DNA of 64,000 nt from Octopus sinensis (lineage: Eukaryota), in assembly GCF_006345805.1 (NCBI RefSeq), contig NC_042998.1, forward strand, positions 92,504,001 through 92,568,000, written 5' to 3'. Both the position numbers and the translations under genes were made by a program. Below the pieces are notes generated by a model. That model saw only the letters and a list, made by a program, of their open reading frames with translations. It was not told the origin of the DNA and made no database searches. Position 1 is the first letter of the stretch. Each line of letters starts with the position of its first letter. Positions 49,161 through 62,188 of the stretch are shown piece by piece.

Positions 49161-52100
49161 TCCATCAGTAACACAAAATATACTTACATTTAGGTGTAGC
49201 TGTCATTATGATAAGTATTCCATTACTTTGAGGCAATAAACCTGAATTAAAAGTAGAAATAAATTTCATCAATTAATATTTACCAATAAGGAAGAATATA
49301 TATATATTTCATATATGTATTTTAAAAATTAATCTATAAATGAATATTAATTGAACAAGGCAATAAAAAAATTATTTCTATGCAGTATTATGAAAGAGGA
49401 CTGTAAAATCTTCAAAATGGTTTTTCAATAATTATTAAAAAGAAACAAAAAGAAATGCTCACAGAATTTGTTATACAAGGCTTACATAATCAGAACAAAT
49501 CAAAAAAAAAAATACAAGCTGTGAAAAAAAGTGCACTGAGCCAGCATATCCATTTTTTTTTATAAGCTTCCAGGTTTATGGTTTCTTGCATCTCTTTCAT
49601 CACTCTCCTTCTCTAATTTATCAATACACAATATTCTATGAACCTGCATAACAGATTTTATATTGATGTTATCATAGTCACATCTTTGCAGAGTGCAACT
49701 CTTGCCATGCATAAAACAACTACACTGACAGCTCAAAGAGGTTCAAATTAACAGTCAACACTAAGTAAACATGTCATTGCATTATTTACAAGCAATACAA
49801 GAGAATATTGTAGGTCAAGTCCCAGTCCAGAGCATAACTAATTCCCATAGACAAAAGATTGCAATTTCAGACTCATACAATGCTTCTATATCAGTTACAC
49901 AATTATACAGAGTACATAACCAAAATGAAAAAAAAAAAAAGTTAGTCAATACACAAGCACCTAAGTAGACTGTTAGTCATATATAAAACAACATCAGCTA
50001 TGACAAATCAAAAACAAACAATAATTCAAGGAAATTACTGAGTCTCTTCATTGAAAAGAGAAAAGAAAAACAGTTAAAAAAATGATAAATTTGTAAAACA
50101 AAATAAGTCAATATACCAGAAAGAGCTTCAAACTAACCTCTCCTCACAGTACAAAACCTTAGCAGAGATTATTAATTTTATTATTAGTAGTTTGGCTCTG
50201 AAACTTCCATTACACAGATTGTAGCAAATTACAAGTTATTCAAAAAGGAATCTCTACAAAGACACACTATTATTTATATGCTATACAAAACAAATTCAAA
50301 ATGCTCATACTTGTGACCTTGTTTATCATTGATTCATTCATCACTGACCCACAATGCACTTACTATTGCCTGATTTACATGATCATGTTGCCAGGTTGTG
50401 CATTTTTTAAATACAGATTTACATGATTGTACCCATCAATATGGGACAAGTGAACAGAAAAAATACAAAGGCACTTGATCCTAACAAACAACATAGATGA
50501 GTGTATTCTCAATGGGAAAATGTAAATGATCAAGAAATATGTGGAAGCTGCGGGTCTTGAGTCTAGTGTCACTCAGTCTACCATCTTTTTCTATTTATAT
50601 AGTGTATAGAGAGGATTCATTTATCATCATTTTTTTGAGCAAAATCCGTGATAAATGAGGACCAATGTATTTAAAATCTTCCTCACATATGCAATTAGCA
50701 TAACTTAATGCAGTAATCAATCTCTGTCTCCACATGGTCATCTTTCCACAAATAATTAAACATATTAAAAGCTCTTTGTAATATTAATAATTTTACAAGA
50801 TTCAAATTATATGCTAGTTTTCCAAGTAAACCACCTTACTTTCCTAATTCTGAGAATAAATTGGGCTGGAAAAGTACAGGTTTTTGAATAGATTGAAGAA
50901 CGAAATATCCATTCATCTGGTTCTGTATGTCACAAATGAATATTCAATAGGTAATTTCTATACTTTAGATTTGCTCCTGTAATCCAACTTAGAAAGAGTA
51001 CATAGGATATTGGAATCAAGCTTGAAAGCAAAATATTATACTGTATGGCAGTCAGCCATGAGTATTGAACAAAGAAGATCTATACAGCCTGGGAAGAAAT
51101 AGAGTATGTGATCTGCTGTGTGTGCAATATTAACTTCCATGACAAATCATATGAAGTGATAAAGTGATAGAGCATTAAAACTATTAGGAAGACTTATCTG
51201 TACTGGAAAACACCTGATTTATGGAAAATGAGTGTGTCTTGAGAGTGAAAGATATCAGTGACAGACAATGATGAGTAAAGATGATATACGAAGAAGTGAT
51301 GATGTCAGAAGCTAGGATGTTAACATGACCTTGGGAGACAAGCCAAAATCAGCCAGGAAAACCGATATTTGAATAAAGAACATAAATTTTGAGGCAGAAC
51401 TGACAAAATTTGGAATATGCTTTGCTGTAGAACCAATCCATGCCAATATGTTAAAATGAACATTAGAGCAATGATTGATGTTAATGATGACAAGCACTTA
51501 GAGAAAAGTACAAAGTGCGATTTTATCAAAGAACCAAATGAAGTTGGTATTTGATTATGATTTTATTTTAAGACATTATATAATCAAAATAAAATTTTAA
51601 GATGTTATATAATCAAAATAAAAAATGGATAAACTGATGTGTCATGTAAAAATCTAAAGAAAATCAATCACTTTGTTAACACTCAAAATTCAATTGAAAA
51701 TTTATTAGTTTGTCCATCCACTGATGGTTTATTTCAAATTTGTCATGCTTTTAAAATAATTTTCTTTCATTTTTATAAAGAGTTCCCCTTATGTTAGAAG
51801 ACAAAATCAATTAACTATTGGTACCATTAAGAGTTACAACTTTGTCAACCAAACAATTAAGTTTTTAAGATTTGCTATTTTAAACTTCAGAAATAAAAGG
51901 AAAGGAACAATTATAAAAGGAGTTTAATAAATGTGCTTTGGACACATGTGTATAGAAAAGTGGGAAAAAACATGAAAATTATCTTATTTCCATGTAGATT
52001 TAACTCTTTTTCTAACTCTTAGTAGCCTCATTATATATTGGAAGAGTTTTTAAAATTTGCTATCAGGTGAGCCAATAAAATATGGGCCAGTAAAGATAAA

Positions 52101-54217
52101 CAAAAAATATCATTGGCTTTCCAGAAAGAAAATTAATAATTTCATAGAATGTGCTGCTAGGTAACCATAAAATACAAAAACAAAATCTTTAGTAATTTAT
52201 AAATAAAATTAAAAAATAATAATAATTGATTAAACTAATCAATATTTGTTTTTAAAAAGATGCGGTGGGGTGAAATGTGCTCAGAACTGAAAGTAGAGAA
52301 TTAATTCAGCAGACCTAATATAATATTGAGCAGTGAAGTTGATAACACTTAAGAAAATATGGTTTTAAATAATACAGGTGGTTATTTAATCAGTTGTAAA
52401 TGAAAATCTATTGATACAGTTCATTTGAATCAATTGCAACAAGAAACTATTTTTTCTAATATAGTTTAGGATGTGTGTGGTGGGGAAAGAGTTTATGACA
52501 TTTATACCTTTAGACAACATTTTTAAATTTTAATTTTTAGATAAGAATTTTGTACAAACTTGGAGGTCATGGTCAGGTTGAGCTCAAGCCAGATCCAAAA
52601 GACCTACAATTAAGTATTCCAGTTATGAGTATCCTGTCTTTTTTATAGGGATAGTTTATCTAGAACTAGGTTATCCAATACCCTTCTTCATTTCTGATGG
52701 TAAAATGTGACTTGAGAGCAATTTGGCAGCTTTTTCGAATAGTTCAAACTACTGCACAGAGCTTTTTTGAGTAGTTCAAACTACTGCACAAACTATTAGC
52801 CCAACTAATAATATTTATAATAAAAAAAGGAGAAAAGGGAAAACAGCAATAAAGAAGATAATAGTGACAAGGGGGATGAGGAAGATGCTGATAATGATAA
52901 TTATAATGAAAATACCGAAGAAGATAATGGAGATGAAAAATCATAATTAAGATAATATTGATGACAATAATGACTGACAAAGATGATGATGATGATGAAG
53001 GTGATATTCTTGATGATGATGAAGCTAATATTGTTGTTGATGATGATGATGCTGATGTTGATGACGAACTGTCATCAGACAGAAGTCTTTCAAAAACAAT
53101 TATCTGAAAAATTATTTTTTAAAAATTAAAAAAAAGCAATCTTGCAACAAGAAATATCAGGAAGGTGAAGAATGGAAAAAAAAACAATCATATTGATTTG
53201 TTTAGAAAAGAATTTTTTTTAAACTGCTAATTGTGGTGTGGCACAAAAGAGCCAGCCTGATTAGCTTCTGAAGGCCCAAGTCTACAAAGCTAAGCTCATA
53301 CATAATCAATAAGTTAAGTAATGATACAACCAACCCCATTATCAAGAACTAACATAGAGCCAAATTAAAACAAGGTTTATAATTGGCTTCAAATTTATTG
53401 AAAACTTATGGAAGTTGTGAAGTTCATTCATTGCTAAAATGTATCAGAAACATAGATGAGTTGGTTAAAACAAGAACCAAAAGTGAGACAAATTAATTCT
53501 CTTTACCCAAGTCCACCCAGCCTACTACCTGTCTCTTTTTACCTTCCAAGCTGTGTCAATAGTATTTTCAATTCTTCCTTCCTAGAATTTCAACTCTCTA
53601 GGAACCACTTTCTACTTATATATTTTGTTTTTGTTTTTCTATTGAGATGTTGACCTACAGATGTTCAAATATATCAATCTCTGTCTCAGAGGGCCTGTAA
53701 AAGTCATTTGTATTAACTCTTTCACTTGACTAAACCAGAAAACAAATATTTAATTTTTATATTTTACTCCTGTTTTACATCTAATTTCCAAAATATAAAA
53801 TGTGTCTACTTTTTAACAGCACTAATTTATTGTGAAGTCTGTGTCAACTTTAGCTTCAAGCAATTTGAACTGAAGCCAACCAGTTATGATGCTCAAATTA
53901 ATTCCACCGTGCAATAATATGAAATGGCTCTACTCTTGTATACTAACAACTTCAACAATACCAAAAGACAAAACCACAAAATTATTTCTCTTTCATCTTG
54001 TCTTTTTATTTTCGTAAACTACGATTGTTGGTATAATTTTGAATTTACTAGTACTATCTTATCTTTAATCAACACAGTCATTCTTAGAATTTTGCTTTCA
54101 CTGCTTAAATTACAAATGATTTATAACAGTAGTTTTGTTGAGACATCATTGATCAAATATACCTGCTAGTATCAACATGTGACACACAGCAGTACTCTAG
54201 CTACAGTAGTATGCTAA

Positions 54218-54634
54218 TTAACCCCCTTTATGATAAACTGCCTGTAACCAACCCCTGATATAAACTCCTTGCTTTAGATTAAAACCTTCCATCAAAATTT
54301 CAGGAAAATTCATGTTCTAAACATTAGCTTAATAATGGTTTTAAATTTTGCCACAAGGCCAGTAATTTTTGGCGGGGGTGGAGTAAATCAATTACATTGA
54401 CCCCAGTACCTGAAAGAGCGAAAGGCTAAATTGACTTTAACAGAATTTGAACTCAGAAAATAAAGCCAGAAGAAATGCTGGTGAGCATTTTGTTTAACAT
54501 GCTAACAATTCTGCTAGGCTTACATGTTTAACAATGAAAAATGTAAGGTAATTTACTAAATTCTTCATTATTTTCAGAGTTTATTCAAGCAAAAGCAGCA
54601 TATTTCAACATAAATATTGTAACAAAAGTGTTAG
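54218..54634. mobile_element. piggyBac-type MITE with a nested family B SINE (54330-54520)
   Basis: TTAAcccccttt ... gtaacaaaagtgTTAG ends, with a reverse-strand Nin-like SINE inside. Confidence 0.6.
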
Positions 54635-55102
54635 GCTACAAGAATTACACTTGTTATTTTGATATTATGATAATCTAATTTAAAAGAAATAAATCTTGAA
54701 AGGAACTCCGGAGAGGATTAGCTTGGGTGAGATAAAATTATGTTTACAGATCATAGAACCACTGATGATACCAACTGCAAGAAGTTTATTCTATTGTTTT
54801 TTTTAATGAGAATAAACAATCAACATAAGAATTTTAACAGAATCATCATGGTAGTGGGGTGGTTAGATAAACAGTTTGTGTAAACCATACATGCTGTGAG
54901 AAGTAAAGAGAATTCACTGCAGAATTTTTTAAACAGGCTTGTCTTCAGCCCTTATTATTTAAATATTAGAGAACTGCAGAAAAAATTCCAAACTTAGAAG
55001 GGAGGTCTAGAGTTTAAGGGTTAATGTGGGAACATCAGAAAAAGGGGACACAAAATCTCAGTGCCATAAAGGAAGAAATATTGCATAGAATTTGGAAAGA
55101 TC

Positions 55103-55400
55103 ACCATCACCACCATCATCATATTCACATCCACTTTTTCATGAGGCAGGTGGACTTTGTTGAGGCAGAAACTCTACTGCCTTCCTGTAGCCAACCTTTG
55201 CCTGGTTTTAAGTAAAATATCTCAGCATGGCTAGACATGTTTTCCCAAAAGACTGGGAATATAGGATACTGCTTGTATGACAAAGACACTCTCACACAAG
55301 TCAAGACAAGGAAACACTAATACACACACACGACAGGTTTCTTTCTGTTTATGTCTACCAAATTCACTCACAAGGCTTTGTTTGACTGAGCTATAGTATG
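55103..55400 (-). mobile_element. Family C SINE
   Basis: (CAT/CAC)n tail and ctaccaaattcactcacaaggctttg body. Confidence 0.7.
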
Positions 55401-55714
55401 GTACCTATTGATAGTAATTTAATTGATAACTCTCAAGAAATTGGTAGCTTAGTGCCATTAGAAAAATTCCTTTATTTCTAGGATATATAAACTTTTATGA
55501 AAACAAAGTCAAGTGGAAATATTTTTAATTTTCTCAACAAATAATTATTCAATAAACAGAGAATACCCACAACCATTTTATTCCCAAATACCTTAATTCA
55601 CAATTCTTATAAAGGAATCCCAAATAGCTATAGTAAAATTTTTAAATGTAGTAAAGATGAACATACCAATTTTAAATCTCATTTTAATTTATATTAATTT
55701 GATACATGTTCTTC

Positions 55715-56170
55715 AGGCATTGCTGTTTGTTTGAGAAGCTTGCTTCACAATCATGTGATCTTAGGTTCAATACCACCGTGTGGCACCTTGGATTTTGTGT
55801 TCTCTGCTATAGCCTTCAGCTGACCAAAGCTTTATGAATAGAGATGGGATTTGGTAGATGGAAACTGAAAAAAAGCCAGTTGTATGTATATGCGTATGTA
55901 CATGTGTTAGAGTATAATCTTGTCTAGACATTACATAATGGGTGTAAATTAGAGAGCATAACCAGCATACAATCAGCATTGTTCGTTTCCAGTCTCCCAT
56001 AGGAAAACATGTCTGGACATAATAAATATTTACCTTATTTGGAAACGGGCAAGGATTGGTGATAGGAAAGGGATCTGATTGTAGAAAATCTACCTCAACA
56101 AATTCCAGCAGACCCAGAAAAGCATGGAAAAGTGGACAGTAAAATGATGATGATGGTGATGATGATATGA
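55715..56170 (+). mobile_element. Family C SINE, near full length
   Basis: tRNA-like head, gtggcaccttgg, ccaaagc...ggatttggtagatggaaactgaaa, then tail ending gcatggaaaagtggacag...(GAT)n. Confidence 0.8.
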
Positions 56171-56454
56171 TGCTTAAGAGTAAAAATTTCTGAGCAGTCA
56201 TATAAAAAAAGAAAGACATTTTGTTTAGTTGACAAGTCTCCAGATTATTATAATCTGTCCAAATTGAATGAATTCATAAAAAAAAAAAGCTTACTAAAAC
56301 TGCAAATGTATTGTATAGCCAAATTAAAAATTTTTAAAAAAATGCTTACAAAATTTCATAAATAAAAGATTTTGTTTTAATAAAGAAACCAGAAGAAAAG
56401 TATAATTAAAAAGTAGCAAAATTTTCTGGTTGTATTGTTAGGAAGTTACAGACA

Positions 56455-57060
56455 CAGCATAGCTGTGTGGTTAAGAAGCTTCCTTTGCAATCAGGTGGTC
56501 TTGGGTTCAGCACTTTTGGCCAAGAGTGTCTCCTTCTATGTGGGCCCAGTTTGACCATTGCTTACGCAGAGACTGTGTAGCAGTCCATCATATATATATA
56601 TATTATATATATATATATATATATATGATGGACTGCTACACAGTCCAATCATCATTTAATGTCTGTTTTCCATGCTGGCATGGGTTAAATGGTTTGACTA
56701 AAGACTGGTAAGCTGGGGGGCTGCACCAGCTTCCAGTCTGATTTAGCATGATTTCTACAGCTGGATACCCTTCCTAAAGCCAGCCACTCCAAGAGTGTAA
56801 TGTATACTTTTTATGTGCAACCGACATGGGTGCCAGATATGAAACACTGGCATCAGCCATGACTACAATCCCACTTGGCTTGATAGGTCTTTGTGTATAT
56901 CACCCTCCACCCATCACCGGATAATTGGTGTTGGTTTATTTGCATCCCTGTAACTAGGCAATTCAGCAATGTACTGGAGTCAATATGTTCAACAAACCCT
57001 TTCAAGATGGTGCTCCAGCATGGCTGCAATCCAATGATTAAAGCAAGTAACAAAAAAAGA
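56455..57060 (+). mobile_element. Family A SINE interrupted by a reverse-strand RTE tail (56648-56890)
   Basis: Head 56455-56590, tail 56895-57060, RTE tail between. Confidence 0.7.
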
Positions 57061-57589
57061 AAGAAGGAAGGAAGGAAAACATCAAATGAATTCAATTTTA
57101 CCTGTGAGAAAGGAAGGAAGTTTACTTTCTAAAGTCAACAGAAAAGAAAATGACTTGTAATGTTGAAATAACATTAATATGAAATGGCGACAATGAAGAA
57201 ATTAGCATGTTTACTGTCATTGCAGGACAATCTTGATTAACATACTTTACACAACAAAGAAAAGGAAGGTAGGAAAAAAGAAAATAATGACAACAAAAAT
57301 GTTATGCAAAGATTTAATTTTGGAAACTTGTCAGTTTTTAGCTGGCTTCAACCCTTAACTCACCCTTACTCCTTAACTAACTTTAGATCTTGTATTAGGT
57401 GTTATTTTTATTTCTTTTTTTTTTTGCACTAAATTTCCATTATCTAATTAGCATGTAAACTTAATGAACACATTGAAGTAAAAAAAAGGAAGTTATATTA
57501 AATTAAATAATATCTTGTGATAATTCATTTTAGCTTTCTGAGGAAATGTAAATATATAAAAAAGAGAGAAATCTTCATCACCTATAATA

Positions 57590-58035
57590 ATTCTTTCTAA
57601 ATTTAGCACAAGGCCAGCAATTTTGAGGGAAGGGGGAGTTGATTACATCAATCCAAGTGTTTGACTGGTCCTTATTTTATTGATCCCAAAAGGACAAAAG
57701 GTAAAGTTGACCTCAATGGAATTTGAACTCAGAACATGAAACTGGAAGAAATGCTACTGCTAATGATTCTGCTAGCACACTGCCTCTTCACTGCTCATAA
57801 TAATCCTTTCTACTATAGGCACAAGGCCTGGAATTTGAAGAGAGCGGGCTAGTTGATTAGACTGAACCCAGTATGCAACTGGTACTTAATTTATCAACTC
57901 CAAAAGGATGAAAGGCAAAGTCGACCTTGGCGAAATTTGAATTCAGAACATAGCGACGGGCGAAATACCACTAAGTATTTTGTCCAGCAGGCTAACAATT
58001 CTGCCAGCTTGCCACCTTTTCACTGCCCATAATAA
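57590..58035 (-). mobile_element. Two tandem family B SINEs; the right copy has a target-site duplication
   Basis: ttcactgc(t/c)cataataat flanks the 57805-58017 copy. Confidence 0.85.
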
Positions 58036-58301
58036 TACAAGGAGTTCAATTCAATACAAAAGCATATCAATGGGAAATATTAAAAAAAAAACAAAAAAAC
58101 ATACACATACTTCTAGCAAGAAAATATAAGATTATTGATAGAGGCTGATTTGATTTGGAAACTTGTGATCTTTGAAAGCCAACAGTTCACATCTGCCCAC
58201 CTACTTTAATTGATTTTCTTAATGTATATTTTTATTTCCTTAATGTATTTTCTTTCTAGAATTAGGGTTTTCAAATATGACGAGAATATTTTTAAAATAT
58301 A

Positions 58302-58700
58302 GACATGGCTGTATAATTAAGAAGTTCACTTTGCAACCATGTGATTTTGTGTTCTCTCCCACTGTATGGCAGCTTGGGCGAGAATCTTCAGTTATAGATC
58401 CAGACCAACCAAAGCCTTGTGAGTAGATTTGGTAGAAGAAAACTATGTAGAAGCTTGTTTTGTGTGTGTGTATATATATGTATATATATGTTGTATAAGC
58501 TTGTGTATGTGTGTGTATGTCACCCCACCACTTGACAACCAATATCAGTTTGTTAGAATATTTACAATTTAGCAGTTTGGTAAAAGAGACTGATAGAATA
58601 AGTACTTTAAAAAGAAGTGTGGGAGTTCAATTTGTTTGACTAAACCCTTCAAGACAGTACCCTAGCATGGCCGCAGTCCAATGACTGAAACAAGTAAAAC
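58302..58700 (+). mobile_element. Family A SINE
   Basis: Head, body and tail present. Confidence 0.8.
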
Positions 58701-58747
58701 GAATCTAGATTAGGTGAATAGCTAATGCTTTATCTTTGATAAATACA

Positions 58748-59102
58748 TTATTATCTCTGCAGAGGTATTGTTTCCAGTCATGTTTGTTTGTTTGTCTGTC
58801 TGTGAACAAGATATCTCAAGAACCACTAGAGGGATTCGGATGAATCTTTCAGAGATGTTTGGCCTTGTGACTGGCATGAACAGATTAGATTTTGGGATCA
58901 ATTCAGTACCGAACAAGGATTCTGGATTATTTTACCAGTTATTTTACTTAATTTTTGAGAGCGGTCGGGTTCACTTTTAGTATTCTCATTTGTGAGAGTT
59001 CATTTCTGATATTTTCATTTTAAAAATCATCTCTGGCTAATCGTTGAGAGGACGTTGGTGTTGCCTTGTCGGAGGCTTGTGCTCTCTGAGTGCTCTTGTT
59101 TT
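58748..59102 (+). mobile_element. Helentron-associated non-autonomous element (HINE/DINE-1-like)
   Basis: 5' ttattatctctgc...(GTTT)n(GTCT)n; 3' subterminal inverted repeat cggagg, stem-loop gtgctc-tct-gagtgc, ending in a T run. Confidence 0.8.
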
Positions 59103-59304
59103 ATCATGTTATACAAAGAATTTACAAGGAATAGTAAAACCAAGAAATGTACAAAAAGAAAAAAATATAGATGCAAAATAGGTAAATTAAACAGAAAAAG
59201 AAATAAAAAGAACAAACTATAAATTCAGTTCTATATTCAAGAGATGAGGAATTATGTACATTATTTACATTTGACAGATATTTGTCCTCATCTTGTTTGT
59301 TGCA

Positions 59305-59346
59305 AACACGTTTTGGCTGATATACCCTCCAGCCTTCATCAGGTGT
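59305..59346 (-). ncRNA. Hammerhead motif, left arm (GAAA mutated to AAAA)
   Basis: acac-CTGATGA-aggctg gagggtatat cagcc-AAAA-cg-tgtt. Confidence 0.55.
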
Positions 59347-59394
59347 CTTAAGAAAATTTCAAACCTGGGTTCTCATTCCTAAGGTATTTTTCGA

Positions 59395-59429
<35 letters not shown>

Positions 59430-59655
59430 TCACTGCCTGGAATCAAACTTGGAATTTCGGGGTTAGTAGCCTGTGCTCTTAATCACTATGCCATATGTCC
59501 GTGGGCCCACAGCCATATGGCATAGTGGTTAAGAACGTGGGCTACTAACCCCAAGATTCTGAGTTTGATTCCAAGCAGTGACCTGAATAATAATAATAAT
59601 AATAATAAAGAAAAATACCTTAGGAATGAGAACCCAGATTTGAAATTTCCCTAAG

Positions 59656-59699
59656 ACACCTGATGAAGGCTGGAGGGTATATCAGCGAAAACGTTGTGT
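59656..59699 (+). ncRNA. Hammerhead motif, right arm
   Basis: acac-CTGATGA(59660-59666)-aggctg gagggtatat cagc-GAAA-acgTT-gtgt. Stem I acac/gtgt, stem II gctg/cagc, palindromic acgt stem III. Confidence 0.7.
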
Positions 59700-59981
59700 T
59701 AACAACAAACAAGATGAGGACAAATATCTGTAAATAAACTATAAGTTCATCAAAATCTATAAGCATGAGTATAAACAGAAATGATAAAAAAAATATTCTA
59801 TTCATCTCATGTTCATTTATTTTCTTTAGTTTTGTTTTCCCCCACCCCTCTTAAATAGTTACTCATTGCATAAAAAATTTTAGATTTTACACAAGAGTAT
59901 TCCTTTAGATTTGTGACATTCAGCCTTTTCTTAAGGACATTAGCAATATGAATGAAACAAGAAGGTTGCAGATGAATCGTT

Positions 59982-60335
59982 AACATCATTAAATGTCCAC
60001 TTTTCCATGCTCACATAGTTAGGATGGAATTTATTGAGGCAGATTTTCTATAGCCTCACTTGTTTCGAAGTGAGGTAATATTTCCCATGGCCAGGCACGT
60101 ATTCCCATGAACAACACTGCTTGTATGACAGTGGTGTTTGTTGAAAACCCTCAAAGTGATGTCAAGACAAAAGTGCATGCACACAGTGTGATTCTTTCAA
60201 ATACTGACTACCAAATCCATTCAGAAGGATTAGGTTAGCCCATGGCCATAGTAGAAAACCCTTGCTCAAGATGCTGTATATTGGAACAGAACACAAAATC
60301 ACATGGCTGGAAATCAAGCTTCTTAACATCACATG
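59982..60335 (-). mobile_element. Family C SINE
   Basis: Tail catcattaaatgtccacttttccatgc and body ctaccaaatccattc...atagtagaaaacc. Confidence 0.7.
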
Positions 60336-61977
60336 AATTGAAATGTAGTTTTTTAGAGGTCAAATATTAAGATAGTAAGTGGTTTTCTTGAAATGAACTT
60401 TGAAACAGTTAACTCCTAAAACAGCTGCCATTCTATTCAGATGTTTGAAATTCTTAGAAACATCTGGAATAACTTATTTAGACGTAAAGATTGAAAATTA
60501 AATGGTGACCATACCATTAACAACTGGTTAATTTGCAATCTGCAGTCAACATCTATTACCAATGAGAATTTTTTTTTTCTTCTTAAGCAAGAATGAATAC
60601 TATATAATTGCTAAATAGATAAACAACTTTTGAATCAATCAATCAACCTTTCATGAACTCATTATTGACTGTCTTATCTAAACAACAAAATCAATTAAAC
60701 ACCACCTCGTAATATAGCTATTCGCAAAAAGTAGTCCTGCGAGTACAAGTTTCAAAATGTAGAATAAAAAAAAACAAACCAAGTCCTGAAGGCTAAATCA
60801 AAACTGCAAGCCAGATTATTGTAAGTTGATACTTGCTTAATGTGGAAGTATTAAACTCATAGTTACAATAACGAGACAACTAGTAAGATTGTGCTTTGTT
60901 ATCTTTAATAAAAGTAAATGAAAATTACTGAGCAATTTATCATAATTGATCAATATTAGCAACAATATTAATTGTAATGATTCCTTTCGTAGATATATGC
61001 CATAATTTATGATATGCAGTTAATTAAGTCCACAGCAATACAAATGTAATAGTTATTTAATTGAATTAGAAAAGGTTAAAGAATGAAGCTGATGAGAGCA
61101 TTAATTGAACTTAGAAAATGGACAATAAGAATTAATACATTAATTTCAAACTAAGAATGGCTTAAGCTTTTAATGAAAATAGATAAAAAGGCAATGACTA
61201 CATAGATGCGTAATTAAAAAAAAGCAAATGATATATTAACATCACAATACATGTTTCTATACCATTGTCATTTTAGACTCATAAACTCATTCATCACAAA
61301 TAATAGTTATAACAGAATTCAGTTGGCAACAAGAGATATACAAGTATAAGCTATAGATTATCATGATACGGAAAGTGGTATTTAAAAATATAAGGCAACC
61401 AGTGTAGAAGTAGAGAAATGACACAGAAGGTGGTATTTAGATGAGATAATTAGTGCAAAAGTGGAAAACTTATAGTTAAAGAATATGCAGATTATTGAAG
61501 TAGCAAGATTTTCTTCATCATCTTATATGAAATGGCAAGAAGGTGATACTAATTAATAAATATGATTAGTGAGTATAATATATAAAGAAAACTCTCGATG
61601 CATATTTAGAAATTTACATAATATATTAAAACATGGGTGACATTTAACATATTTGAAGTGAAACTATGTTGGCCCAAACTATGTTTTCAAGTATTGCATT
61701 GCTCTACTTGCAATGGATCAATAAGGTAGCGAGATGCTGAAGCAGTGTAAGCAATACCAGATAAAAAGAGAACAAAGTAAGTGACAGGAAGGAAACACTT
61801 ATAGCTTAGAAATATGACTACAAGGTCGGTAGGCATGAAGAGCAAAGGGGAAATTCGTTCCAAATTCCATTGAATGCATTAAAGAAAGGAAGGTGAAAAG
61901 GTTCATTAATGTAGGCTGATTTCTCAATCTTACCTAGAGAAATGAAATGATCAAAGAAAGGTATACTCACACACAAA

Positions 61978-61979
61978 TA

Positions 61980-62076
<97 letters not shown>

Positions 62077-62145
62077 GCATGTGTGTGTGTATATATACGT
62101 GTGTATGTGTGTGTGCGCGCATATGTAAAATGTATTTATGTAGAG

Positions 62146-62187
<42 letters not shown>

Positions 62188-62188
62188 G
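61978..62188. repeat. (TA)n, (TG)n and (GATA)n microsatellites
   Basis: Directly visible. Confidence 0.95.

Larger units (their letters stand above)
59231..59740. mobile_element. Head-to-head palindromic dimer of a tRNA-headed, hammerhead-tailed element
   Basis: Arms 59274-59505 and 59506-59731 around gtggg|cccac. Each arm has an A box (tggcatagtgg), a cloverleaf-like head, a B box (gtttgattcc), (TAA)n, an HHR motif and a tail. Confidence 0.9.

Noticed and set aside
53070-53092. CTGATGA next to GAAA on the minus strand
   Set aside because: The order and spacing leave no stem I, so it cannot form a hammerhead.
52744-53103. Minus-strand terminal exon encoding a Ser-rich then hydrophobic (GPI-like) tail
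   Set aside because: It has an acceptor-like site and is open for 119 codons, but it is mostly decayed (TCA)n microsatellite, which is stop-free by nature. Unsupported without transcripts.
59506-59585. Functional tRNA gene
   Set aside because: The B box is decayed, the acceptor stem is imperfect and it is fused to a repeat body. It is a SINE-type head, as are the heads of families A-D.
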